Assembly: GCA_963575745.1 (NCBI GenBank)
Contig: CAUYUJ010000104.1
Coordinates: 1 to 64,000, forward strand
Direction of reading: 5' to 3'
DNA from: Prorocentrum cordatum
Lineage: Eukaryota
DNA length: 64,000 nt
The notes under the pieces are model-generated. The model searched no databases. It had not been told where the DNA came from and was given only the letters and a program-made list of their open reading frames with translations. Below, one piece after another: positions 1-18,038 of this stretch. How positions within the stretch are numbered: position 1 is the first letter of the stretch; each line of letters starts with the position of its first letter. Made by a program: the position numbers and the translations under genes.

Positions 1-37
1 CCCAAGAGAAAAGCGGGTTCTGGTGCGTGCGGAGACC

Positions 38-39
38 TA

Positions 40-70
<31 letters not shown>

Positions 71-181
71 GTATTTATATATACATATATATATATATGC
101 ATCCCCTCTGTTTCTCTATTATTCCAACCCTTCTTACCTCCCTCGATCTCTATATGTTGTTGTGTGTTGTTTGTTTTTTTT

Positions 182-222
<41 letters not shown>
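38..222. repeat. (AT)n and (CT)n microsatellites
   Basis: Directly visible dinucleotide runs. Confidence 0.95.
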
Positions 223-223
<1 letters not shown>

Positions 224-402
224 GTTTTCCACGTCCGCCCCTCTCATCATCAGCGCCTTTCAACTTTAAGGTCGGACTTTTTAACTGGCTGGGCACAGGC
301 GCGCGCGGGCATATGCTGAGGGGGAGACTGCGTGGGAAGGGGCCGGGGGGGAGGCATGCTCCATCCTCTCCCTATCCCATCGCCGCTCGCCCCCCGACAC
401 CT

Positions 403-2524
403 CTAGACGTGGGCAAAATACTTGTTCATGCCAAGAATCGGCATCAGGGCCAGGCGGCTGAAAATTTTCGCCTCGAACTGGGCAGGGTGGCACGAGCGAG
501 CGACGACGGCGGCCAACCCGTTCAGGCTCTCGTCTAAGAACGTTGAATATGTTCTTGGGTTCCCGTGGGACCTGGCTGAAAGGGTGAGGTGAGCCCACAA
601 ATGATGTTTCGGAATGAGCCTCACACCGCATAAAACCAAATGTTTCACATGCGTGTCATATGTCTCGAACAACTCCCGCAAACCACCTTCAGTCATGATC
701 TCAGGCTCTTTCTTAATAATCTCCATGTGGCGAACGAGTGCCCGCCCAGCAACTCTAAGGTAGCCCCCTCCAAGAACTTCGTATTGGAGCACCAAGTGCA
801 ACGCCCATTTTACCAGGGGTAGGGTTTCGGCTGCTTTGGCATGGATGTCCCCGTCTGCACTTCCTCCAAACATCTGCGGCGTGAGAGTCTTCAATCGATA
901 GGATTGGTCAATCTTATGAGCGGCGTACCAGTCAAACAGCTGAGCTTCCAAATTCTTAAAACCTATATCGAGCAACTCTGGCTTCGTGGTGCAATCAACG
1001 CGCCAGGGGTTCACCTGGACTACACGAAACAAAACCGCTCGCACGAACACCTGCATCACTCCCAGATACAAGGTGTGCAGAGTATCAATCCTTAAAATGT
1101 CCCTGGCGTTGCCGAGCAAATTGCTGTCAAGAAGGGGGTTGCGTCGGAGGACGGGATCTGCCATCGCGCCGCCAACTGTGTGCCGCCGCCAAAACGTAAG
1201 ATGCATGGGGAGTGGGGCGGTCCGAAGGCAAGCGATGTCCCTGAACTCTGGCGACGGTTCCAGCCTGTCTCCTTTCTGGATGATCCCGCCGAATGCACCC
1301 GCATCAATAACAATGATCCCCGAGAGCCCCTTTTTAGACTTGGAATAAGAAGTTGCACGTATAATATCCATCCTCTCCATCTCCGTGGTTATTGTTACTT
1401 TTTGCTCACATCTAGTACATTCCTCATCGTAGCTGCGATGGTCATGCGTGCCCCATCCATGACCATCGATAGTTACATCATCAAAATCGTACATTTCTGT
1501 CTTTGTGGCTTTGCAGAAAATGCACGGGTGAAACTTCGCCTGCCAAGATGGGAATCCCAAACTGTCGCAGAACTCTGCCCAATCCCCCTTTATCTGGCAT
1601 AATGTGATTCGGACTGGAAGGTTGGGGGCATCAATTAATTTATTGTGATAGTGCTCGCCAGCCTGCCAAGGATGCCCGTCCCATTTCACAGCAGGCCTCG
1701 TGGCCGCCATGCCCGCCTTGAAACTCCAATGTAAAAATTCAAATACAACATACATCGTGCACCACCCCTTGCACCCACAACGACACTTCAAACTATTTCT
1801 GATGAACGCCACTGGGTGCCTCCGTTTAGTTATCAGGCTATGGCAAAATATAACTAGGAACCCCTCTTGCTTGCCAATGCCCTGCTGCTTGGAGTATACA
1901 ACGCCATCTAGATACAGTGCGACTGGGTGGCATGGCGCGTGATCTTCACGCGCAGCTCGCGCAGCTGGGCGCTGTTCGAACGACTGAGCCCATTCGGCAC
2001 GACCCAGCACCTCTGGATCGTGTAACTTGTCCGCCAAACTGGGGTCTGCTGAATGTTCTGCTGCCAGCGCTTCGTGGGGGGGGGGGACCATGAGCATGCT
2101 GCGAATTACCCGCTGCCGTCGTGACCACTGCGGCATATCCACGGGGACGCTGCTGACCTGCCGAACTAAGTGGAACTCGCGATCTAATTTCTTCTGGTAG
2201 TTCCCAGTATGGCGAGTCGGCTGGAGGCTATACTTCTGAAAAGGCCCAGAGGCCCCAGACGCATCCGCGTAAAAAACAATACTCGCATAATTCTTTGGCT
2301 GGCATCCTCCCCTCCGCGTATGCCTGGAGCCAGATATCAACCAGCGCCTCTCCGGCCTCGTGCTGCGTTTTCCGAGCCAAATCACATATCTCGCGGGTTG
2401 CCGCCGACCCAGAAGCTACATCCCATGCACCGTCGGGGACTGGCTCCCAAGACTCGTCTGAGTCCTCCCCCTCGCTTACATGGACATCCCACGAAGACTC
2501 TTTTCGTTTCTTCTTCGGTGGCAT
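403..2524 (-). CDS. CMC-superfamily (CACTA/EnSpm-Mirage-Chapaev/Plavaka-like) DDE transposase, split by one 1-nt frameshift near 2271-2276
   Basis: ORF 403..2385 has motifs typical of CMC transposases: ALYLDGV (first D), CxCGC, IKGDWAEF (second D) followed by HPCIFC, IDTLHTLYLGV (D-x2-H-x3-LG), PKHHLWAHL and GNPRTYSTFLDESLNG (E). The likely N-terminus MPPKKKRK... starts at ATG 2524 in ORF 2228..2539. Removing one T from the T6 run joins ELCEYCF to YADASG. No introns. Confidence 0.75.
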
Positions 2525-3317
2525 GTTGCAAAACAGCAAAAACCTCGAGGCCTAAACGAGTACGTAAGCGGCGATGGCGATGGACGTCGACGCAGAAAGA
2601 TGGGGATCGCTGAACAGGGGGGTTGGGCTACAGGCTGAGACGGGGGAGGAGGGAAACTGCAAAATACAAACGCACGCACAATGCTAAATCTGTTCGATCG
2701 TGGATGAGATCGGCGCCTGCGGGGGGGTGGGTCGGGGAGGGCAACTGGGGGCCAGGGTGCGTGAACCCCTCCTGGGGCAGGGGGGCGAGGAGCGGAAGGT
2801 GCGGGGGGGGGGTCGATGGCGTCTGTCCCGCCGCGCTGCAGACTGCCGCTAGATGCTACTTAACATTGTGGCATGCCAGACGCCTCCTCCCCTATAGTCT
2901 TTCTATAGTTTTTTCCTCTCTCGCGGGCCCTTGTCTCGTTCCATATGTTTGGACTCTTCGACCCGCCTCGCCATCTGCATTGCTCTTCGAGCCCCCCCGC
3001 CCCCCTGAAAAGGCTGCAGTTCCCTCGGCAAGCATGGGCCCGCGCGCCATTTCACGCGCAGAGCAACGCGCTCAAAGTCAAATGTGCACATCAGTATATC
3101 TGCGCAGCTGCACTAGCAGCTGCCACGCCGAGGGCGAACTCGAGAAAAGGATGATGACCCGCCCACCTCACTAATCCCATGGGCAGAAGAAGCGTGGATA
3201 GTGAACACGGCCCAATTCAAATTGAATGCAAATACCCATGCAGCTGGCACGTCACGCGGATTGCCCAACGTTAGTGTGGTGCCTGGGCGGATGGCGCGAG
3301 CATGCTGTCCGATCATC

Positions 3318-3470
3318 CCACCTCAGCCCTCGCACCTCTCATCGCTCTTCTTCTTTTCCCACCTCAGCCCTCACGCCTCTCATCCCACCTCAGCCCTCGC
3401 ACCTCCCATCGCTCTTCTTCTCATCTGATCAGCCCTCACGCCTCTCTTCCCGCTGCAGACCTCACACCTC
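3318..3470. repeat. Degenerate short tandem repeat (cctcagccctcgcacctctcatc-like units)
   Basis: Several imperfect copies of CAGCCCTC(G/A)C(A/G)CCTCTC separated by pyrimidine tracts. Confidence 0.7.
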
Positions 3471-3769
3471 TCTATCCGATAAATCTCATCAATCGTGCGC
3501 AATGGTGCGGGGTTTGCACGCATGCCCTCGCGCCTGCTGCAGCGACGCATGCCGCGCCTGAGCAGTGCCCCCTGCTCTCGCGACTGTCTCTGCCAGCTCG
3601 CTGGCCCCCCGATTGTCGATCCTTGGATCGCAGCGGGGGCGCAGGGGGGATGGGTGGCAGCCGCGGCGATGCAGGGTCGAGGGGGGGGAGCTGATCGAAT
3701 TCCTGGGAGCTGAGACGCCGCGGAAAGTCTGGCCCCCAACCATTTAGGGCGCGTATCGACGTTTATCGA

Positions 3770-3995
3770 TCTTGACAAATCTTGACAGATCTTGACAGAT
3801 CTTGACACATCTTGACACCTGCTTTGACCGGTTATTCGTACGTCAACATTGACAGGATTGCCCAAAGCCCGGTAATTTATGGGTCAAGATTGATGCGGGT
3901 GCCCTGGGACCCGGTAAAATACGTGTCAAGATGCATGTCGTTGACAGATGTTGACAGATGTTGACAGGCTGTCAAGATCTGTCAACATCTGTCAA
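3770..3995. repeat. Array of 10-bp TTGACAGAT(C/G) motifs ending in a 27-bp-arm palindrome
   Basis: Five tandem cttgacanat-like units at 3771-3820. Arms 3941-3967 and 3969-3995 are reverse complements with one mismatch and a 1-nt loop. Confidence 0.9.
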
Positions 3996-4088
3996 TGTGC
4001 GTTTGTTTGGGCGTTCAAACCGGGAAGGGGGCCTGCAAATCGCCGAACACCCGGGCCCCCCGTCCTCATGAGCCGTGGCGGCGAAGAT

Positions 4089-4292
4089 CTAGGAATCCAT
4101 GAACTTGGAGCGGGTGAGCTTCAGCGCGAACACGCAGCCCAGAACGCTCTCCACCTGCGGGGCCAAACGAACGGCAGCTCAAATGGGGGCGCGCGGGAAG
4201 CCATATATGCATATCTGCGCTATATATAATATCCAGATCGATGTATACATACTTACACACATACATGCCCACGATGGTGGACTCGGGGGAGG

Positions 4293-4327
<35 letters not shown>

Positions 4328-7300
4328 TGGGGGAACATAACAGAAATAAACTGAGATCGGCTGCTCGAGATCGGGGGCGCCGAGGCCCCCAGGGGCAGTG
4401 GCGCGGGGCGGGGGAAGGGCGTCCGCAATGACTTTGATCAGCCACCTGGCCGACGACGCCGTCGAGCCTACTCGGCACCTGGGCGACCATGGCCATGTAG
4501 TCACCGCCGTAGAGCTCCTGGACAGTGGGCGGGTCCATGCTCGTCCACATGCCGAGGAACTCGTCCTGGCGACCCCCCCCCCCCCGCCCACAATCATGCG
4601 TTCCGTATAGGGCCAACAATGCACGTATGCGTATGTATAAATGCGTGTACGAATATACTTTATATATTGCATACATGTATACCGTTTACATAGGGGCGTA
4701 GGTCTGATCAGACCCCCAGTCCCCAATGTCCTGGCCGACAGTGGTTTTCAGCAGCGTCAGCCTGTCGTTCAGCGTCTTGACCTCCCTGGAGTCTTTGAAG
4801 CTCTCCTTGGGGGGGGGATAGGGCTGATTAGGTTCCAGCGCCTCCATCTTCCCATCCTCCATCTCCTCATTCTCATCCTCATCCTCATCACCATCCTCAT
4901 CCTCATCATCCTTCATCCTTATCCATCTCCTCATCCGCATCCTCATCCTCATGGGGCTGCTCCCAGCTTGGGCCCCGCGTCGCCCAAGCTGGCGACTTGT
5001 TGACCAGCTTGAGGATGCTCTCTGCCGCTGCTATCTGCTTCCTGTAGGCCTCAGCTGTCTTCTTCGCCGCCGTGAGCCAGACCTTCTCCTGCTTGGCAGC
5101 GTCGGAGTCGGCTGGCTTGGCCTCGCCCTTTGTCTTGCGGAAGCCTGCATTCTGCCCGCGGCGCTGCTGCTTCGTCGCGACCGCCTCGCTTGAAGTGGCG
5201 GCGGCCTTGGGCGGCGTATCCAAGACTGGTGCCGCTGCTGCTGGCTGCTTTGCTGCGGTCGCTGCTGCTGCTGCTGCTGTTGCTGCGGCTGCTGCTGGGG
5301 CTGCTGCCGCCGCTGCTGCCGCCGCTGCTGCCGTCGCGGGCAAGCGCGGCTTCCCCGACTTCGCGGCCCCGAGCTGCTGGGTCGCTGCTGGAGCTGCTGG
5401 GGCTGCTGCCGCCGCTGCTGCACTCGCGGGCAGCTGCTGCTCCGCCTTCTCGGCCCCGAGCTGCTGGAGCGCGGCTGTCGGCGGCGCAGCCTGTGCAGCG
5501 GTGGGGGGGGTGGGGGCGTCGGCGAGGTGGGCCCCCCCGCCCTTCCAATTCCCCGCGGGGGGGCACGGGGGGAGGCTTGCTGCAACCATTCGGGTGCCCC
5601 GAACACCCTATATGCGTTTTTGAACGTCTTCGCCATAAAACTGAGGGGCGGCGGGGGGCACGTGCCGGACGGGGCGGGGGTGGCCAACGTCTTTTGTACC
5701 TTCCCCGACGGCCCTGGATTTCTCATTCTGCTCGAGCTCCCGCAGCGCCCAACGCTCGCGAAAGATGTTCTCGCAACCCTCCTTCATGTAGAGGAACTCA
5801 ATGCGTCGCGAGAGGCAATTGTACTTGAACCTCGTGGAAATTATACTCTGCACAAGTACCCCATCTTCCCTGACAGAACGTGCTCCACAATAACCATCCA
5901 AGAAAATCAACCTAACCAGACACAACCATCAAAACCATCGGGACCATCCTCGAACATTAATTCCTGGACACTGTGGGCCATCGAGAACTTCTGGTAATTC
6001 GATCCCCCCAGGAACCACCCCAGCTTGATAGCCGCTTCGCAATAATTAATCGCCCCCTCGACCGCGGCTGCAGATTTCCTGCCGCCCTCCTGCGCAGGGG
6101 TCGAGGCGACTCGAGCACATGTTCTTGAGGAGCCCGTGGCCCCTCAAGAACAGATGCCTGGGCCTTGACGGTGCATGCACAATCGCTGATACAGCTTAAT
6201 CTGATATCGCATCAGCGCCGCCCCCCTGCACTCCCCTGCGTCCTACTGCATCCTGTCCCCCCCCCCTCCGCCCCCCTGCATGCCGCCTCCCTTTCCAACC
6301 CCGTGGGAGCTCGAACTCCGAGCTCCGCGAGGACCACGCAATCGAAGTTCATCATCTCGCCCCAGCGCTTCTGACTGACCTCCTGCATCCTCTCGTGCAC
6401 GCGCTCCTCCTGCAGGATGAGAGGAGCGGGGGCACTGGGGTAGACCCTGAAGACAGATTGCCCCGCTGCACCGATGAATGGGGCGCGCGAGCGCAGGCGT
6501 CGGGGCGCGCGGGGATGGGGCGGGCATGGGGATCGGCGCAGGTACGCTATATGGGAGGGGTGGGCTCGATTGGGATGAGCGGTTGCGATGTCAGAGAGGC
6601 AGGGGTTTAGGGGTGAAGAAACAGGAGACAAAGCGTGACGACAGCAAACAGGGGCAGCATCGATACAAACGAGACATCAGGGAAAGGCGGTCCTTCTGCT
6701 TCTCGTAGCGCTTCTTGACCCAGTCAATTTTCAACTCGTTTTTCTTGCTCGGGCTGAGCAACCTGTACGCAGCGGGGTCATCGATCTCCCTGTAGAACTT
6801 CCTGCCGAGGGTCGAGTTCAAATTGAAGTTCCAGCCATCCTTCTTCGCGTCCTCTCGGGCGGTGGAACGGGGGGGGCGCCGTGGGAGATTGTGTGGGGTG
6901 GTGGGGTGGGTGGGTGGAGGCTTAAGTGTTAACTATACATGATATCAGGTAGAAAATAAGCTTACAAATATGTCGTCACATACTCACATGTTGTGTTGAT
7001 CGTGCGTTTCACGCATAAACTTGTTAGACCGAATCCGCAGACCATGCATTACCCCAGAGGTGGCGCCGATGTCTCCTCGAGAGCAGCGTCGCACATCACC
7101 TCCGCCTTGGCCTGCAACGGATCCTCGATCGCGTCGGGGGGCACCTCGGATATTGCCTGCTTCGACAGGCGTATCAGCTCCCGCTCGGGGTCCAGCATCG
7201 CGCCTCGGTCGCCCTCTCCTCCTCGATCCCCCTCCGCATCCTCCCCATCTGTCATATGCCATCCTCTTCCCCTACACGTCCCTCCTCCCCCTCCCCCTCC

Positions 7301-8560
7301 TCCCGCTCCTCCGCATCGTAGCTCAATTCCCTCCTCCTCGCCTCCCTCATCAGCATGAGGCCTCATTGCATCATGCCATGCCCTACCCTCGCACTGGCGC
7401 CTGCGGCAGCGCCAGTGTCCAGCTCCATCGTCGGCGAGTCGTCGGGCATCGTCTCGAACGGCGCTTCCGCGTCCACCATCTTCTGGCGCTTGCTGTCGTC
7501 GGCATTCTGGTCGGAAAGGCGCTTGAGCATCTGCCTCTCCGCCGCGTCGAGATTGCGGATCCTCTCGCGCTCGCGATCCTTGGCCGCGGAGAGTTGCTCC
7601 GCCGCTGCCTGGCACTCAGCCTCGACATGGGCGCACATCGCCGCCGAGACCTTGATCGGCGCCTTGAGCAGCAGCTTCTCCTGCGCCTCGGCCGCGGAGA
7701 GTCGCTCCGCCGCGGCCTGGCACTCGTCTTGGGCGCGCTTCGCCGCCGAGACCTGGATCGGCGCCTTGAGCTCCTCAGCCGCGGAGAGTCGCTCCGCGGC
7801 CTCGGCCTCGGCCTGGCACTCGGCCTTGAGCTCCTCGGCCTCGGCCTCGGCCTGGCACTCGGCCTCAACCGCCGCCGAGACCTCGATCGGCGACTTGAGC
7901 TGCAGCATCTTCTGCTCGGTGCGCCAGGTGCCGATCTCGGACTGGCCCGGCATGGTCTCGTCGCCAGAGGTCGAGTCCTCGCGGGGGCAATATTAAAGTT
8001 GGAATTCCCGCACGTGGGGGGCACATGCGACTGGCGATAGGATTGGGCGGGGGATTTGGCCCAGGAGTCCGAAAGCTCGATCACGTCGAGGGCCTGGGAC
8101 TCGTTTGGAGGCGTTTCCAGGACGGTCGAGCACTCGCAGTAGCCCTTGAACTCCGCACGATAAACAGCGTGGCAACGTTTGCATGTCCAAGAGTCCTTTG
8201 CAGGACGCGCGATTCCCCCCTCGCCCTCCTCCTTCTCCTGATCATGAAACCCCCCTCGAGCAATGGCAATGCTCGAACCCCCATCCCAATGAATTAAACT
8301 CCTCTCGCCTCGGGCTTGATTCTGAGCGGGCCGAGTTCGCCCGCTGGCTCCCTCCCCATCCACCGCCGCCGCATGCCCACCCCGCCCGCCCCCGCCACCC
8401 GCCGCCTTCGCGGCGGGTGGTGGGAAGTTGTCACATGGCCCACTTGGGCCCACAGAGGACGAGCGCCACGGATGAGCCCAGCGAAGCTGTCAATTACATT
8501 TGTTCAGTTTTCTGCTCCTGGCCAGCAGCCGCCTCCAGCTCCGCGCTGCCCGCCGCCATC
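4089..8560 (-). CDS. Multi-exon gene of unknown function (possibly two genes): Cys4 zinc-finger-like motif, AECQAEAE repeats, conserved-looking EGG...YC...KLG / YN..RRIEFLY segment, Ala-rich linker
   Basis: Protein-like segments separated by short microsatellite-containing introns: WTCKRC..YCEC (~8190), AECQA repeats (7363-7953), MLDPERELIRLSKQ (~7200), KKDGWNFNLNSTLGRKFYRE..KKRYEKQK (6860-6690), EERVHERMQEVSQKRWGEMMNF (6415-6310), EGGRKSAAAVEGAINYCEAAIKLG (~6090-6020), FKYNCLSRRIEFLYMKEGCENIFRERW (~5830-5720), Ala-rich 5500-4980, 4850-4690, 4570-4430, and last exon cag|VESVLGCVFALKLTRSKFMDS-TAG (stop 4089-4091). The 5' part and some junctions are uncertain. Confidence 0.55.
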
Positions 8561-8687
8561 GCGTTGGACAGCGTTCTGGTGGGCGTCGCGTCTAGACACC
8601 TATGAGTTCTCGAGGCAAAACGCCTTCAGCGCGGGCCCCGTTCGAATTGAAGGGAGGGGTGGCTCGAAACAAGCTCCTCGATCAGTA

Positions 8688-8767
<80 letters not shown>

Positions 8768-8844
8768 TACTACTACTACTACCTACTACTACTACTACTA
8801 CTACTACTACAACTACTACTACTACTACTACTACTACGACTACG

Positions 8845-8880
<36 letters not shown>
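8688..8880. repeat. (TAC)n microsatellite
   Basis: Directly visible. Confidence 0.97.
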
Positions 8881-8881
<1 letters not shown>

Positions 8882-9374
8882 TTCCACCTTGTCCTCCTCC
8901 TTCTCCCCCTCTTCCTCTTCCTCCTCCTCCGCATCATCATCATCGTCCTCCTCCTCCTGCCCCTACTCCACCTCATCTCCAACTCGCCCGAATCGGTGGG
9001 AGGGTCTTCCGCGCGGGTCTCAAATCGCCGACATCGACGGGGGGGGTCAGCGTTGGTCTCTGTTCGGGTTGCAGGGGCGCGGGCCCCCCCCGCGCATCGG
9101 CACTCCCCCGTCCAAATCGCCCAGGTCGATGGGGGGATAGGAGGGGTTTGAATTAGAGATCGCGCTCGGTCTCGGCGCGGGCATCCCGCGAGTCGACGGC
9201 GGCGCGACCAGGGGGCCGAAGCCGGCTCACATGCTGGGCGGCGGGGGCGGGGGCGACCACGGCGCCGAGTCCTGGGGCGCAGCTTATAAGCGTGATCCCG
9301 CCTCCCCTGCCCGATCTCGTAACTCAGCGACTGGGGGGGTGAGTCCTATACGATAGTACGGCTACAACAACAAT

Positions 9375-14397
<5,023 letters not shown>

Positions 14398-14724
14398 CCC
14401 TCTGCGGGTGATTCCCATGAAATATGCCTGGGCCACAATGGCTGTAAACTACATTTGTATGTGTATATATATATATATATGTATGTATAGAATATACGTG
14501 TGTATATATTGCATATATATATATATATAAATACATGTATGTATGTATACATATATACATATATATATACATATATAAATGTGCCTATAACATAGATGCT
14601 CGGGGCCACTGCCTCGGAATCAGCATCGGTAATCCCGCGTGCTCAATATATAGGACCCACGCGCTTACATGCAAACATCATGGGTACATAACAACTCATG
14701 GGCACCGTGCCTATGACATGGGGG

Positions 14725-17700
14725 CCACGACCCTCTGGGCAGGGCGACGCCGGCAGCGTCGAATAGAGCCTGCCCTTGACAAAGCCAGCTGAACATCGAG
14801 GCAAGCATGTGGGCGCCGAAGTCAAACGCGGCCCAGGCGGCATGCGGCGCCCCGCCCACCCCGGGGGTCGAGTGCTTGGCCCTCCTGGCGACTTTCTTGA
14901 AACTGGAACCAGCGGAACGGCAACCTGGAGATCCTGCGCAGATTTCAGAAAGCGGCCGGGGCATGCTTGCGTCGCTGATTCAGCAGGGGGCTTCGCCAAG
15001 AAGACAATATTCCAGTAGTCACACAGTGTATGAAGTCGGCCTTCAGGGGGCGAGACAGGCCCGTCAGGGCCAGCAGCAGACGCGAGCACCAGGCTATTCG
15101 AGAACGGGGCTCACATAGCAACCTGCTTTCCATATCACGGAATAGTGATGACGAGCAAGATCCCCTGGGAGCAGACGCAGAAGATGACGAGGCAGCCGCA
15201 GAAGCAGCGATCCCTTTTTCCAGGACAACTGTGCGCACTCCTGCAGACCGCTGCTAAAAGGCGGGCGCATGTCGTAGCGCCACAGAACAACCATCGACCA
15301 GTAGAGCGTGCCTGCGCGTGCACTGAGGCGTCGAGAAGTCGCAGAGAAAGCCCGAAATCTTGTCGCCAGACCGCTCTCGAAATACTTCGCGTCTCTGCTT
15401 CGCCTGAAGCCTGGAGGAAGAGGACGTCGAGGGCCCCCCCGGCAGCCTCCTTCAACATTAGCTTGCAGCGCTCGCTCGCAACAGGAGGGTTTCACGTAAG
15501 AATATCTTCATCGCCGTCGCTGAGCACGTCCATGAGGCGCTTCTTGAAGACAAGGCTCTGGAAGATGCGCCTCGAGATGGGGTGATCCGTCGGAGGCCAC
15601 GCAGCACGCTGTCGCAGCGCAGCGTCGACGGCGGCACGGTCAGACACCATCTTGGAGCTCAGCTCCTCCGGCGAGCCGATCGCCCCAGCCGTGGCCGCCA
15701 GCTGGCGCGCCACCCAGCCCGCGACCGAGCAGAAGAAGGGATTGAGCTCACAGGGTTGGTGCGCCGACGAGAGTAAGCGGGGGGGCCCGAGCAGACCGGC
15801 GCAGCCAAGGTCGGGGCGCCCCGGCCCAGGTCGGGGCGTGGACTTTGCGATCGTGAGCGGCTTGGACCTTCGAGGCTTCAGGCCCGTGAACAATCAGCGC
15901 CTCGTCAACTGAAGTCGCCGAAGACAGAGGCGAAGAACGAGAGGGGGGAGTGGCGAACCTGGCGGTTGGCATACCTGATCTATTCACAGACTGAGGCGAC
16001 CTTCATCCTGGACAAGCCGTTGTTCTGGATGTCAAGCATCACCGGCTGCGCCTCGCCGAGCACCGCGTCCACGCGCAGCGCGCGTCCAGGGGTCATCTCC
16101 GCAGCCGAACAGGAGAATCGATCCGAGGGAAAGGGTGGCAGAAGGATGGCGACGCCACGAGCTCCTCGATCTCCGCAATCACAGAAGCTGCAGTGGACAA
16201 TCACGTCAGAGCGGACCTTGCGCACAAAGTTGATCAATTGAGGACTGTCGCCGCGTGCTTCTTGCAGTCCCACGATGCTGCTACCAGTGACGCAGCGTCT
16301 ATGGTAAGCCAAACTGTTTCTGGCCCTTGGCTCCACCGCGCTGCAATGGAGCCCTAGCGATCCAGGTAGTGAAATGCAACGCCGCGCCGCCAGCGGTCGC
16401 TGGCAGCGAGACAAGGCCCGCGAAGCCGTCAAAGACACCGCTGAGTCTGGGCCGCGGGAGCAGAAAGAGACGATGTGGCTTCGGCGAGAGGCGGCGCTCA
16501 AGACCCAGCGCCGCGAGGCCCACGTCGCTCCAATGAACCGCGGAGGGCCCGTCGCCAGGGCGGGCCTCGACCTTGGGGGCGTCGGCGACATCGGCCGCGA
16601 GGGCGCCTCTTACGGTCGACGAACCAGCGCCTCTGGGGGCAGGCGCCGCTGAAGACGCCGCGGACCTTGCGAAGGAATACCTCGGTGCGCACTTGTTTGG
16701 GGCTCTTGTCAGGGCCGAGGTGAGAACGGGCAGGGTCAGCTCCCGGGACCGCGCAGCGAAATTCCCCCCACCGGCAGCCCTTCCGCAGGCATCCCAGGGC
16801 GCGCTGGTCTCTGCGGAGGGGTGGGGGTGGGGGGGGCTGCGCCAACGGCGCCGTTGAACGTGATCGAGAACTTCTTGGCAGGGAGGGGGTGAGAGCGCGG
16901 ATGTCGTAGTCACCCTCGTGGAAGTTGAGCTCAGCAAGGAAGGCGCCGATCGCGTCGCGCACGCCCTGGAGCCCAACCAACTTCGCAGCCACCGCAATAA
17001 CTTGGGAGGGATCGACCTCACGATCAAAGCCAGGGGGGACGAAGGGCCTCGCAGGAGAGGCGCTGCCGAGCTCAAATTGCTTGCGGATGTCTGAGATCTC
17101 TCTATGCATAGCGATGGTCTGCCGCTCGTGCTCACCCAGGGTAAGCTCCGACTCCGACGCGCTCTTGGTGAGCGCATCCTGCTACATCTGGAATCTGCTG
17201 GCGAGCTGGTCGAGCTGGGGGCGAATCGCGGACATAATTCTCTGGTCGGCAACCTGGGCATGCCCCGGAATTTGCTAGCGCAGCACACCCAAGGTCTTCA
17301 GGATCGGGTCGTTGGCGGCCTGCAGGGACGAGGTGGCCGCAGCATTGACTATGTCATCGAAGGAGCCGCGCAGGGAGGCGAAACGAGCCTCGATGTCAAC
17401 ACGATAGTAGTGGATGCTGAAGTCGGGAGTTCCCCGCGTCGCCGCCCGCGCCAATGTGATACACTTGGGGCTCGGCACGAACAGGTTATGCAGCGCGAGA
17501 AGGGGCACCGCCACGAGGAGGAAACCGAGCAGCAGTTTGTGCCCACGGGTCGGGAGGGGTGCCTCCCACTTCATCTGGGAGGGTGGGGAGGATGGCGTCC
17601 GCCTGCAGTCCGCCTGCAGGATGCTGGGTGGCTGGCTGTCGGAAAGGGACTGGCCCCCAGCAGGCGCCGCCATCCAGGCAGCAGGGGCGCCAGGGTCCGA

Positions 17701-18038
17701 TCGGCGATGAGAAGCATGCGCAAGCGGACGGAGATCAGCATCAGGACGAACATCCCAGCCACTTGGACACTTGTGCCTGCCCGAACGGTGAGGCTCCGCT
17801 GTCTTGGAGCGAGAGAGGCCACGCCGGTCAGCATCCACTGCGCTCTTGTCGCTGCGGGAGATAGAGCGAGCAGGCGAGGAACTGCGGCTGCCATCGGACA
17901 TCAGGGAGGCGGGATACTGGGAGGGCTGTGGAGCACTGGATGGAAGGGATGTCAAGCGAAAGCGCTATGGCACTGCCGCGGACTAGCGGTACCCGTTTGT
18001 CCCCCAGGGGGAACATGCATCTTGAGCCAAAACGGCTA
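14725..18038 (-). mobile_element. Decayed, 3'-truncated LINE (ORF1 remnant, APE endonuclease, start of RT region) with a 5' spliced-leader relic
   Basis: ORF1-like pieces (..GFDREVDPSQV..GPDKSPKQVRTEV). APE motifs: FTTW, IVGLQEARG, RGVAILLP, VFGDF, VSDR (SDH-like). Pre-RT motif STPGVGGAPHAAW (SAPGPDG-like), ending near LFDAAGVALPRG. Many stops and frameshifts. 5' end at the SL relic 18021-18038. Confidence 0.75.
18021..18038 (-). other. Dinoflagellate spliced-leader (DinoSL) relic
   Basis: Minus strand reads TAGCCGTTTTGGCTCAAG, 17/18 identical to the 3' part of DinoSL DCCGTAGCCATTTTGGCTCAAG. It directly follows a (CCT)n tract. Confidence 0.9.

Noticed and set aside
1..40. Left terminal inverted repeat of the transposon (CCC start)
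   Set aside because: No convincing reverse-complement partner was found by eye; the window edge may be arbitrary.
2900..3316. Small gene upstream of the transposase
   Set aside because: Some protein-like stretches, but stops occur in all frames and no consistent exon model could be built.
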